Source of the DNA: an uncultured bacterium
GTDB taxonomy: Bacteria; UBP15; UBA6099
DNA: 64,000 nucleotides
Assembly (NCBI GenBank): GCA_964409645.1
Contig: CAYPEK010000008.1
Coordinates: forward strand, 2,355 to 66,354
Direction: 5' to 3'
Part shown: positions 1-8,671 of the stretch, piece after piece
How positions within the stretch are numbered: the stretch's first letter is position 1
How the letters are laid out: each line of letters opens with the position of its first letter
Made by a program: the position numbers and the translations under genes
The notes under the pieces: generated by a model
The model's database searches: none
Seen by the model: the letters and a program-made list of their open reading frames with translations, nothing else
Told to the model about the DNA's origin: nothing

Positions 1-2
1 AT

Positions 3-506
3 AATAATGTTGTTCTTGGCGTCGAGGCGGTACTGTCCGATGCGGATTTCACGACTCTGCGTTTCGATTTCCGGGGAGTGGGGCGCAGCCGTGGGACTTA
101 CGGCGACGGGACCGGCGAGCGTGAGGATGTGCTGCGCGCGGTTGAGTTTCTGAAAAGCGACTCGACGACGGGCGTTGTGTTCGTGGTGGGGTATTCGTTC
201 GGGGCGATGGTGAGCCTGCGGGCGGCCGCCGCGGATGCGCGGATTGAGGCTGCGGTCGGCATCGCGCCCCCGACGGTTTTGTATCCGTTCGATTTTATCT
301 CGGGAATGGGAAAGCCGCTGCTGCTGATTGCAGGTTCGCGGGATGAGTTCTGTGCGCCGGATGATTTGAAACAGTATCTTGAGCCGGTCGCGGGACGGAT
401 GGAGATTGTTCCGGGCGCCGATCATTTTTTCATGGGGCAAGAACAGCGGGTGGGGGAGCTTGCGAGGGATTTTCTGACGGCGGCTGCCACCGGCGAAAGC
501 AAGTGA
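3..506 (+). CDS. Alpha/beta hydrolase, 5'-truncated by the window edge
   Basis: Frame is open from base 3 (NNVVLGVEAVLSDADFTTLRFDFRGVGRS). GYSFG nucleophile elbow, GSRDEF Asp and GADHFF His. Confidence 0.85.
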   Translation, partial: NNVVLGVEAVLSDADFTTLRFDFRGVGRSRGTYGDGTGEREDVLRAVEFLKSDSTTGVVFVVGYSFGAMVSLRAAAADARIEAAVGIAPPTVLYPFDFISGMGKPLLLIAGSRDEFCAPDDLKQYLEPVAGRMEIVPGADHFFMGQEQRVGELARDFLTAAATGESK

Positions 507-545
507 CGCGCCGTGCGGCGCGTTAATTATAAGGGGGTACGTGAT

Positions 546-803
546 ATGGCAAAAACGATCGTGGTTGGTGTTCACATTACGAACAGGCTGAAAAAAGCGC
601 AGGCGGTTCAGAAGCTGCTGACTGAGTACGGCTGCAATATCAAAACGCGGATCGGGCTGCACGAGGTGAACGATAATTTCTGTGCGACGAACGGGCTGCT
701 TCTGCTTGAGCTGGCGGGCGATACCAAGAAGTGCGGGGAGCTCGTGAACAAGCTGACGGCCGTCGAGGGCCTCGAAGTCAAAAAGATGGTATTCACGAAA
801 TAA
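546..803 (+). CDS. Small ACT/ferredoxin-fold-like protein (TM1266 / 'iron-only hydrogenase system regulator'-like family)
   Basis: VQKLLTEYGCNIKTRIGLHE motif and ...GLLLLEL...VEGLEVKKMVF; AAGGGG RBS upstream of ATG 546. Confidence 0.55.
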   Translation: MAKTIVVGVHITNRLKKAQAVQKLLTEYGCNIKTRIGLHEVNDNFCATNGLLLLELAGDTKKCGELVNKLTAVEGLEVKKMVFTK

Positions 804-881
804 GAAGCGCGCGCCGTAGGATTGCAGCGGAACACGTGCCGGGCGGTCGTTGAATGATTGTTAAACCGCCAGACTTTTTAA

Positions 882-910
882 TTGACGCTTGTTTTAATAC
901 GGTTTAGAAT
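882..910 (+). promoter_or_regulatory. Sigma70-type promoter for the lipoprotein gene
   Basis: TTGACG (882-887), 17 nt spacer, TAGAAT (905-910), 55 nt upstream of ATG 965. Confidence 0.7.
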
Positions 911-964
911 TCGGTTAGTTATGTATATGAATATGGAAAACTTTAATTTAAGGGGTGTCGGGTC

Positions 965-2710
965 ATGCGAAAAAGAATCAGATCGTTTTTACTGGTTTCC
1001 GCGCTCGGAATTATAACGCTGGTTGTTGCAAACTGCGGCGGCGGCGGGGGTGGCGGCGGCACGACCACGAATACGACTTCGACAAGCAAACAGGTCAGCA
1101 TGACCGTCACATTCAACACCAGTACGGCGCGTGTGGCCGGCAGCAAGGCGGCGGACGCGGCGGTTGCGAGCACAAGCGTAGTTGCTTACAACGCTCACAC
1201 GGGAGCGCAGCTCAATACGGCGAGCGTCGCTACTAATGCGAGCGGCGTGGCGACAATTATTGTCGATCTCGGCACATCGACGTCACTTGACGTGATTGTC
1301 GAGGCGCTGACAGCCGCCAAAGGCACTGTCTCAAATATCAAAGTCGCGTTCGACAACCTGAGCGCGAATGCCGGCGCCGTGGCGGCGAATTACAACACGA
1401 CGCAGGACGCGGACATTTTTATATGGCAGCCTGACGCGGCGCTCGCGGATATCCAGAAGGCGAACGATATCATGGTCGCGCAGGGCGTGGATGTCCTCGA
1501 CACGATAACGACGGCGGCGCAGGCGGGCAACTACCTCGACGCGATGGCGCCGGCGCTTGCTTGCGACACGTCGGACAGCGCGTGCGTCTCGACCGCGCTC
1601 TCGACGCAGCTCGCCTCGACGGATGCGGCTTCGTACGACTCGGCCGTGGTGACGATGGTAACTTCGGCGCAGGAGGATGCGGGATGGACGACGGTGCAGG
1701 CGATTTTCGCGGACGCCGGCGAGTCGGTCACAGCGATCAATACCGATGCCGAAAAGAAGGAGATAGTCGGCGTTCTTGAAAGCGCGATTTCCGCATGGGC
1801 GAAGACATACACAACGACAGCCGAGAAACGCCTTACGATCAAAGAGATCGTGGTTGCGGCGAAGTACGGAAATACATTCACATCGGAAGATGTTTCAAGC
1901 ATAATTGCCAACCTGCGCGCGAGCCTCAATTCGCTGGTGGCCCCTGCGGCGGTGGCATCGACAACGCTGGTTTCGAGCAACGACATGAGCTCGATGATGA
2001 ACGGATACGATATACTTCGCGGCGTGCTGATCAGATCGATGCATGAAAACGCGGGAGCTTCGGCGCAGACGGCGGCAGACTCGATCAACTCGCTGCTCGA
2101 CGTGCTTGCCGCGCTCGGCGCGGGTTCCGAAAGCACAACCTCGATGGGGCAGGTGATGGACAACTGGCTGCCCGTATGGACGGCTCAGACGGCTGCGCTG
2201 ATGACCGCGCTCGGACCGCTCGAAATGGCGGACCACACGAAAACGGACAATCTGATGCAGCTCGCGCACGACCTTCAGGCGCTTCCCGCCGGAGCGACCG
2301 ATGCGCAGGTCGAGGATGTGCTTAACGACTACCTCTCGGCCGCAACGACGGCGAAGGCTATGACGATGTACACAGATCACAAAACGTGTTCGATCTCGAC
2401 TTCCGGCACGTCGGTTGTAGCGAACAACTGCCCGAGCAAGGAAGAGATTTTCGACCTGATCGAGACGCACTATGAAAAATCGCTGCCGAAGCTCCGCGCG
2501 TTCGAACAGGGCATAGAAGACTGGTACAACAGCTCGGACAGCAGCCTCGATAAAATTGTGCTCGGGAATACGTATGCGATAATGCAAAACGTGTACGCGA
2601 GCATGAAGGAGAGCTCGGCGAACAAGGCGGCGATCGGCGCCGCGCTCGATGCGGCCGGTATCCACAAGGAACTCTTCTGGCTCGTGATGAACCTCGAGCC
2701 GTATATGTGA
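965..2710 (+). CDS. Ala/Thr-rich lipoprotein of unknown function (581 aa)
   Basis: Basic N-terminus, hydrophobic core, VAN-C lipobox, then Gly8 and a Thr-rich tether; AAGGGG RBS. Confidence 0.8.
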   Translation: MRKRIRSFLLVSALGIITLVVANCGGGGGGGGTTTNTTSTSKQVSMTVTFNTSTARVAGSKAADAAVASTSVVAYNAHTGAQLNTASVATNASGVATIIVDLGTSTSLDVIVEALTAAKGTVSNIKVAFDNLSANAGAVAANYNTTQDADIFIWQPDAALADIQKANDIMVAQGVDVLDTITTAAQAGNYLDAMAPALACDTSDSACVSTALSTQLASTDAASYDSAVVTMVTSAQEDAGWTTVQAIFADAGESVTAINTDAEKKEIVGVLESAISAWAKTYTTTAEKRLTIKEIVVAAKYGNTFTSEDVSSIIANLRASLNSLVAPAAVASTTLVSSNDMSSMMNGYDILRGVLIRSMHENAGASAQTAADSINSLLDVLAALGAGSESTTSMGQVMDNWLPVWTAQTAALMTALGPLEMADHTKTDNLMQLAHDLQALPAGATDAQVEDVLNDYLSAATTAKAMTMYTDHKTCSISTSGTSVVANNCPSKEEIFDLIETHYEKSLPKLRAFEQGIEDWYNSSDSSLDKIVLGNTYAIMQNVYASMKESSANKAAIGAALDAAGIHKELFWLVMNLEPYM

Positions 2711-2737
2711 TACATGTGAATTGACGAGGAAAAAATA

Positions 2738-3379
2738 TTGCGCTTAAAAGCAACGGCAACATTGGCACTGCTGCTCGCAGCGTTGTGTGCGACGGCGTCA
2801 TTTGCGGAAGACAGAATTCCCACCTACACCGGCTGGTACGGCTTCGAGCAACCGGCGTCCGTATGGGACGGCGGACGGCGATTTGCAATCTTCACCGATC
2901 CGTCGAACCCGCTCAGAGCGAATCAGGAAATGTTTGTTTTGCGCGGCGACGACGTGGTTGGGTTGGTTCTGATAACCGACGTAGGAAGCCTGAACGTGTA
3001 CGGCAATTTCTATTCGCATTTAAGGCGCTACGAATTCGGATCGAAGGACAGGATCGCGATCCCGGAGCCGGACGCGCTGCCGATGCGGTTGCCGAACCGC
3101 AAACTTGGGCAAGTGCTCTTCACCTCGCTCGCACCCGACGGACGCATCTGGGTTGTCGTGGACCGTGGACTTAAAGACGGAATCGACATAGACACGCCTG
3201 TCGATGCGATGCTGGAAAACCGCAAGATCGGAACAGTAAAGATGCTGTTCTGCGGGCGAACTCTTTCCTATGGGTTGCTCGACCGTGAGGCGATCGTGCC
3301 GGCGTACCGGATAGACGAAACGCTGATCCGCTTCGGCGATAAAACGTCGTTGCAGTCGTCCGCGGTGCAGGGAAAGTAA
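2738..3379 (+). CDS. Secreted hypothetical protein with two small beta-rich repeats (FlgT C-terminal-like)
   Basis: TTG start after GAGGAAAA; signal peptide ending ASFA; VVVDRGLKDGI...KIGTVKMLFCGRTLS pattern, loosely echoed in the N-terminal half. Confidence 0.6.
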   Translation: MRLKATATLALLLAALCATASFAEDRIPTYTGWYGFEQPASVWDGGRRFAIFTDPSNPLRANQEMFVLRGDDVVGLVLITDVGSLNVYGNFYSHLRRYEFGSKDRIAIPEPDALPMRLPNRKLGQVLFTSLAPDGRIWVVVDRGLKDGIDIDTPVDAMLENRKIGTVKMLFCGRTLSYGLLDREAIVPAYRIDETLIRFGDKTSLQSSAVQGK

Positions 3380-3424
3380 ACAAGTAATTTAGAAGATTGA
3401 TTAGCAAATAGACTTTGATGACAT

Positions 3425-3460
3425 AAAGGGGCGCTATGCAAAGCGCCCCTTTATTTTTTT
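3425..3460 (+). terminator. Rho-independent terminator
   Basis: AAAGGGGCGCT-atgcaa-AGCGCCCCTTT stem followed by a T-rich tail, between convergent genes. Confidence 0.85.
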
Positions 3461-3476
3461 GTTAATACATTCTTTG

Positions 3477-3510
3477 ACGTGATCGCTTGCTGACATGCTC
3501 GGTTCGGATT
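3477..3510 (-). repeat. REP-like family A copy (degenerate)
   Basis: Reverse complement AATCCGAACCGAGCATGTCAGCAAGCGATCACGT versus consensus AATCCGAGCCGCGCGCGTCAGCAAGCGGTCACGT. Confidence 0.75.
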
Positions 3511-3609
3511 TTAATCACAAAATGTGCGAAAAACGTGGACTCGACGGCGGTCTGCACCCTTTTTTCGTATGAATCTTTTTGTGTATTTGTCTGCTGTCGA
3601 TCACATGTT

Positions 3610-6486
3610 TCAGAAAGGCGGCTTAGCAGGAAATTCGAGGTTCTTCGCCGCATAGAATCTCTTCGTCCACGACGGAAGCTCGGTTTTCTGGAGCATCTCC
3701 CGCCATTCCTCGTCGTTGATTATCTCTTTGTTGACCATGTCGTAATACGAATATACGACGCCTTTTGTCACCTGTCGTCTGCCGTGGAACGGGAGCAGCA
3801 GGTCCCACTCCGTCGGCAGCCCCACCGCCGCGTGCAGATAATCGATCTGAGCCTTGCCGCCGCCTGCTATATCGACTATCTTCGACACCGGGTCCGGGTT
3901 CGAGATTGTAAATTCGTCATTCGCGAGGCTTTTGAAGACGAGGAAGTTGTGCTCCGCCGATCCGCCGACGTGCAGTATCATGTCGTATTCCGCGGGAGTC
4001 AGTTTTTTGCCCTCTATCTGTTTGATAGCCATCTTCCTGAAAGTGAGAATCGAGTCGCGGGTGTCCTTGAGCCGTCGTGTCAGTCCGGCCCGCAGACTGT
4101 CCGTGTCCAACTCGCCATCATCTAAATAATATTTCGACTCCTTATCCAATTTCTTTTTGTCATTCGGCAACAACTCGCCTACGAGGGCTATTTCCATGTC
4201 CACGAGGCCCGCTATGGCCTTGAAAGTCGCCGGGTCCGGCTCGACCGCGCCCAGAGGCGGCTTGTACCATATCGGCTCGAAGCCGCCTTCGCCCGCCTCC
4301 GCCGCGGACCGCTCATTCACCAGCACGGTCGCGTGCCTGAGTGTCGCCCAGCTTGCAAGGCCGGTCTGTAGCCGTTTCGTGCCCCACATCTCCCGGCTCG
4401 CGGAGCCCTCCGGCGCCGCCGTGTCCGCCCATTGCGTGCCGAGCGCTTCGAGCCACGCGTCGTAAATCCCGCGCGAGTCGCCGCTTTTCTTTCCCCATCG
4501 CTTTTCGAGATCGGCGGTCACGGCCGCAAGGTTCGGAAATTCCTTGTACACTCCGCTGTTCTTCAGAATCTCTTTGGCAATCGGGCTGCCGAGCACCGCT
4601 GGAAAATCGAAGGAAGTCGGAAGCATTCTACCAATTTGTTCATTGTCGGGCCAATCTTCATGGTAAACGACCGAGTTGAGCACCTCGTTGTCGAAACCCC
4701 AGCTCAACGGAAAAATCCGGACGCCGCCTATCTGGTGCTTGATATAGTCCGGCTTTACATAATTCTCCGGTGTCCATACAAGGTCGTACCGCGAGGGCGC
4801 GATGAAGTTCAGATATGGTTTGATAAATGCGAAAGCTTCCTGCCGCAGCTCGACCGGCATCCCGCGCAAGGCCTTCATTTCGTCATCGGTGAAATTTATC
4901 GACGACAGATAGCGCAGCGACCTGAAATGCAGCCCCAGCTTTTCGGATTTTGTGTAGTGTCCGCGCGGTTTCAGGTCTTCATACTCGTACCTGACTCCGA
5001 GTACGTCGGACTCCGCGTATCCGTCCGCCGCCATTATTCTTTTCACTTCCGGATTGTTCGATTTCGGATTCGAATTGAGTTCTTTGAGCGTGTCGAATAT
5101 TTTGCAGAGTCTGCCGGTGCAGCGGTCTTTGTTCAAGTAATCCGCCGAGTCGTTTATGAATTTCCGTAGCGCGGGGATCGCCTCGCGCCGCTCAACCACC
5201 TGAAAAATGCCTTCATACGAAGCCGCGAACACTTCCCAGAACACGTCGGTTGTCACCAAGTACGGCCGCGTGGGAACCCGGCTGTCGTACTCGCCGGTGT
5301 AAGATTCGGAGTCGTACAGGTAACACAACTGTTCGTATTCGGTCCGCCTGAATGCGCCGCCGTCACTGTTCAGCAGCTTGAGATCGTCTTTCCCCGTAAC
5401 GAACATCCACGCGTTCGCCACGTCGGCGAGCGGGGTCGGGACCGGCTCATATACAAGGCTTTCCGCGCCGCCCGTGCCGCGCGTCACGCCGATCAGCCCG
5501 CGTCCGTCCGCCGTCCACTCCGGTTTGAGCGCGAAACTTATGTTTTCAGCCGCCTGTTTCCTGCCGTAGTCGGGATGGTAGTATAAATCGACGCCTTTCT
5601 GTCCCACGCGCCAAGCCGAAAAACCGATCCCGTTCGGCGTGAATGATATTGCCGATCCGCAAACCGCGTTGACTTTGCTTTTTCCGGGCGCGGTCCAGTC
5701 GGACCAGTCATATTTAATCATACCGACGCACTTTTTTCCGTCTTCAAAAAACAGTTCGTCTCCGGAGACGTGAAATCCGACCGGGACCGACGATGCGGCC
5801 TTGAACACTTCATGCTCTTCGGACTTGTGTATCTTCTTAAGTTTTGCTCCGGCCGGCGCCGTCACGTCGTAAGGCGCTTTGCCGTACTCGCTCAACGTCC
5901 TGATTCCGTATCCGTGGCCCGGGTACTCGACTCCGAAATAAATCCGCCGCCATGCGCCGCTCTCGTGCTTGCTGGTTTTCTTATCGTCCGCCTGATCCCA
6001 TCTTGTCGTGTACAAACTGAATATTGATGTGCTGACCACGAGATTCTTCAACTTCTCGCCAGTCGAATACAATTTCTTCCAATTGGGTGTTTTCGAAGCC
6101 GCGCCGCGCCATATCGCGCTTTTGCCGCCGGATTTGCCGAGCAGAAAAACGTCTTTGCCGTCAGGATGCCACGCGACCGCGGTGAACGAATCGCCGCCTT
6201 TCGGGGGTGCGAGCTTCACCGCCGCTTTTCCGGTGAATCCCATCAGGGCGATGCCGTGCGAGTTTCCTTTTTTGTACACGACAAGCGCCTCCGGCGCGAC
6301 CGGCGAAACGGCGAGCGCAACCGTTTTCGCGCCCGACTCGATAGGCGCGGTCTTCGCCTTTACCGGTGATCGCGTAACATCCAGTATCTCATAACCCTCG
6401 TATTCGAAACAGAATGCCGTCGTTGTAATAAATAAGGCGGCAAGTGCGGCGAGGAACGATGTCATCAGGGAAATCGGCTTGTTCAT
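3610..6486 (-). CDS. Exported DUF3160-family protein with an N-terminal beta-propeller/TolB-like region
   Basis: Start reassigned to ATG 6486 (GGAGG RBS, signal peptide MNKPISL...TTAFC). DUF3160-like motifs PYLVTTDVFW and KRLQTGLASWATLRHATVL; propeller-like AWHPDGK and EWTADGR. Confidence 0.8.
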   Translation of the reverse strand: MNKPISLMTSFLAALAALFITTTAFCFEYEGYEILDVTRSPVKAKTAPIESGAKTVALAVSPVAPEALVVYKKGNSHGIALMGFTGKAAVKLAPPKGGDSFTAVAWHPDGKDVFLLGKSGGKSAIWRGAASKTPNWKKLYSTGEKLKNLVVSTSIFSLYTTRWDQADDKKTSKHESGAWRRIYFGVEYPGHGYGIRTLSEYGKAPYDVTAPAGAKLKKIHKSEEHEVFKAASSVPVGFHVSGDELFFEDGKKCVGMIKYDWSDWTAPGKSKVNAVCGSAISFTPNGIGFSAWRVGQKGVDLYYHPDYGRKQAAENISFALKPEWTADGRGLIGVTRGTGGAESLVYEPVPTPLADVANAWMFVTGKDDLKLLNSDGGAFRRTEYEQLCYLYDSESYTGEYDSRVPTRPYLVTTDVFWEVFAASYEGIFQVVERREAIPALRKFINDSADYLNKDRCTGRLCKIFDTLKELNSNPKSNNPEVKRIMAADGYAESDVLGVRYEYEDLKPRGHYTKSEKLGLHFRSLRYLSSINFTDDEMKALRGMPVELRQEAFAFIKPYLNFIAPSRYDLVWTPENYVKPDYIKHQIGGVRIFPLSWGFDNEVLNSVVYHEDWPDNEQIGRMLPTSFDFPAVLGSPIAKEILKNSGVYKEFPNLAAVTADLEKRWGKKSGDSRGIYDAWLEALGTQWADTAAPEGSASREMWGTKRLQTGLASWATLRHATVLVNERSAAEAGEGGFEPIWYKPPLGAVEPDPATFKAIAGLVDMEIALVGELLPNDKKKLDKESKYYLDDGELDTDSLRAGLTRRLKDTRDSILTFRKMAIKQIEGKKLTPAEYDMILHVGGSAEHNFLVFKSLANDEFTISNPDPVSKIVDIAGGGKAQIDYLHAAVGLPTEWDLLLPFHGRRQVTKGVVYSYYDMVNKEIINDEEWREMLQKTELPSWTKRFYAAKNLEFPAKPPF

Positions 6487-6627
6487 TTCAGCCTCCGGAA
6501 TAATACAATGAAATGATTTTATATAATGCTGATTCATTAAACAATACGATTGATTTACTATTAATGGATTATATCGACTGCGAGTGTGGCGCGTGTGAAG
6601 CCGAGAGAGGAAGAGCGAGGTTGCTAT

Positions 6628-7056
6628 ATGACGATCAGGCCGATGAGGATGGAAGATTACGACGGAGTAGTGGACGTGTGGCGGCGGGCGGGGCTGGACT
6701 TCAAACCGACGGGCCGCGAGAGCCGCGAGTCGGTCGAAAAGCAGCTCGCGCACTTCCCCGGAACGATGCTTGTCGCCGAAAACGACGGGAGGATCGTCGG
6801 TGTCGCGTTCGGCACACACGACTACCGCAAGGGCTGGATCAACCGGCTATCGGTCGCGCCGGAGGCGCAGGGCGGGGGAGTCGCCAAGCGGTTGGTTGCC
6901 GCCATCGAAAGCGAGCTCGAACGGATCGGCGTTTTCATGCTGTCGGCGACGATCATGAGCGACAACGAAAAGTCTAAATCCCTAGCCGGAAAATCCGGAT
7001 ACACGCACCATGGCAACGTAAGTTACTTCTCGAAAAAACTGCGCGATGACTGGTAA
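6628..7056 (+). CDS. GNAT family N-acetyltransferase
   Basis: MTIRPMRMEDY start; WINRLSVAPEAQGGGVAKRLV acetyl-CoA motif A. Confidence 0.9.
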   Translation: MTIRPMRMEDYDGVVDVWRRAGLDFKPTGRESRESVEKQLAHFPGTMLVAENDGRIVGVAFGTHDYRKGWINRLSVAPEAQGGGVAKRLVAAIESELERIGVFMLSATIMSDNEKSKSLAGKSGYTHHGNVSYFSKKLRDDW

Positions 7057-7068
7057 GCGCCAGTAGTG

Positions 7069-8529
7069 CTACCGGCGGCTGTTCTGGAAGTATGATTCGC
7101 AATTTTTCTGAAGCGGCTCTGAGAATTCTGCTGCAGAGAAGCCGAACCCGTTCCAGTGATACATATCCGTTCTTGTATTATCCGCGCCGACGCCGGGGGC
7201 AAGGAACGTGTCGCCCCGGTGAAATGCGCAGAGGGCGCAGCCGTTGCCGCATAAAACTGTGGCGTCGATGAGCGGCCGTGCGAGCGCCGAGCCGCGCCAG
7301 AGCGCGACGAGTTTCTTATCCGTGACCCGATAAACGTGCGGTCTGGGCGCAATCTCGTTGTCGATGTCGGAAAAATGCTCCTCGATTGAGACGAGTTCCG
7401 GGACACTGTCACCATCGAGATCGCCTGCCGAGACGGAATCGAGAACGCAGCCATTCGACTCCCACAGTTTCTTTCCATTTTTGTATCCGGCAATCGCCGT
7501 TTTTCCACCGGGCCTGCTGACGCCTTTCAACGTCACACCTTTGAAATCGGGCAGTTTATTCATCGGAAACGCAAACTTTTTACCGCCCGCATTTTGAGAA
7601 TTGGCAACCGGAAAGTATGTGCCGCCCGGGACGTGTGTTGCGATACCGTGACACGTGATGTTTCGCGAAATGGCGTCGGCTTCACACACCACGGCGAGCC
7701 CGCGCTTCGTTACGTCGTATTTCTGGTCGAACAGGTTGTTGCCGAGCGAATAAAAAACGGGATTGCCGCCGACTTCGCCCGGTTCGATCACGACATGTGG
7801 ATGGCTGCCGATGATGGCGTCCGCGCCTGCGGTGAACAGTTTCCGCGCGACTTCGTTCATCTTCTCATCCGGCCAGTCGCGAAGCTCGATGCCCCAATGA
7901 ATGAAGACGAAAACCGCATCCGAGAGGGCGGCAGCAAGTCGCACGCGCCGAATTACCGGCTGCCATTCCATGTCGTCGTCAATTACGACATCGCCGCCCG
8001 TGAGATCGAGCGGAACCACCGATATAGTGACACCGTCCGCGGTTTTGAACCACGGCGATTCGTTGAAAACGAGCGAGTCAACGCCGTTCTTAGCGAGAAG
8101 AGCGGCGGTTTTGGATTTGCCGGCGGCGCCGGTGTCTGTCGAATGGTTGTTTTCGAGCGACATCGCGGTGAAGCTGGCCTTGCGGAGGAGCTTTAGCCGT
8201 TCGGGTTTAATGTGGAAACACAAGTTAGCGGGGATTCCGGCGCGGCAGTCGGATTTGCCGCCGGCCGCGCCTTCGAGATTGCCGATGACGGCGTCCGCGC
8301 CGAAGAACAGTTTTTTCATACCGGCCCACGGATTGCTGTCGGGCGATTTGCTTATCTGCGACTCGACCAGCCGGGAAAGAAGGACGTCGCCGACAAAAAC
8401 AATTTTCATTTTTTGCGGCTGCGTTCTTTTCGTCCCCTCGCCCGTAGCGCAGACCACAACCGCCATAAGGACAGCGAAAGCCGCAACGGCGAGCAGCGTT
8501 CTCTTCTTTTGGCTCAACTGTTTGCACAT
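7069..8529 (-). CDS. CapA (PGA_cap) family metallophosphoesterase with C-terminal extension
   Basis: GDVLL, GNLE, LENNH, IHWG, GSHPHV and YSLGN motifs; N-terminal membrane anchor; GDLDGDSVPELV Ca-loop-like motif in the extension. Start could be GTG 8550. Confidence 0.85.
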   Translation of the reverse strand: MCKQLSQKKRTLLAVAAFAVLMAVVVCATGEGTKRTQPQKMKIVFVGDVLLSRLVESQISKSPDSNPWAGMKKLFFGADAVIGNLEGAAGGKSDCRAGIPANLCFHIKPERLKLLRKASFTAMSLENNHSTDTGAAGKSKTAALLAKNGVDSLVFNESPWFKTADGVTISVVPLDLTGGDVVIDDDMEWQPVIRRVRLAAALSDAVFVFIHWGIELRDWPDEKMNEVARKLFTAGADAIIGSHPHVVIEPGEVGGNPVFYSLGNNLFDQKYDVTKRGLAVVCEADAISRNITCHGIATHVPGGTYFPVANSQNAGGKKFAFPMNKLPDFKGVTLKGVSRPGGKTAIAGYKNGKKLWESNGCVLDSVSAGDLDGDSVPELVSIEEHFSDIDNEIAPRPHVYRVTDKKLVALWRGSALARPLIDATVLCGNGCALCAFHRGDTFLAPGVGADNTRTDMYHWNGFGFSAAEFSEPLQKNCESYFQNSRR

Positions 8530-8590
8530 TATATGTTCCAAGAATACCACACCTGCGGGAATGACAAAATGAAGGCTATAAATAAAAGAA

Positions 8591-8628
8591 GGGACAGGCT
8601 CGCGGGGGGAGTGTGCGATACCTGTCCC
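8591..8628. repeat. GGGACAGG...CCTGTCCC palindromic element (family E)
   Basis: 8-bp perfect arms at 8591-8598 and 8621-8628; a related element GGGACTGGCA...TGCCTGTCCC lies at 50583-50619. Confidence 0.55.
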
Positions 8629-8671
8629 TGTCTTTTCAGGCTTAAGGCCTGTTCCACTTACTTCCTTAATA

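Noticed and set aside
6487-6819. 111-aa N-terminal extension of the DUF3160 ORF
   Set aside because: It overlaps the opposite-strand GNAT gene, while ATG 6486 has a GGAGG RBS and begins a clear signal peptide.
7069-8529. Poly-gamma-glutamate capsule operon
   Set aside because: No capB/capC homologs are in the window, and CapA-family metallophosphoesterases are common outside capsule loci.
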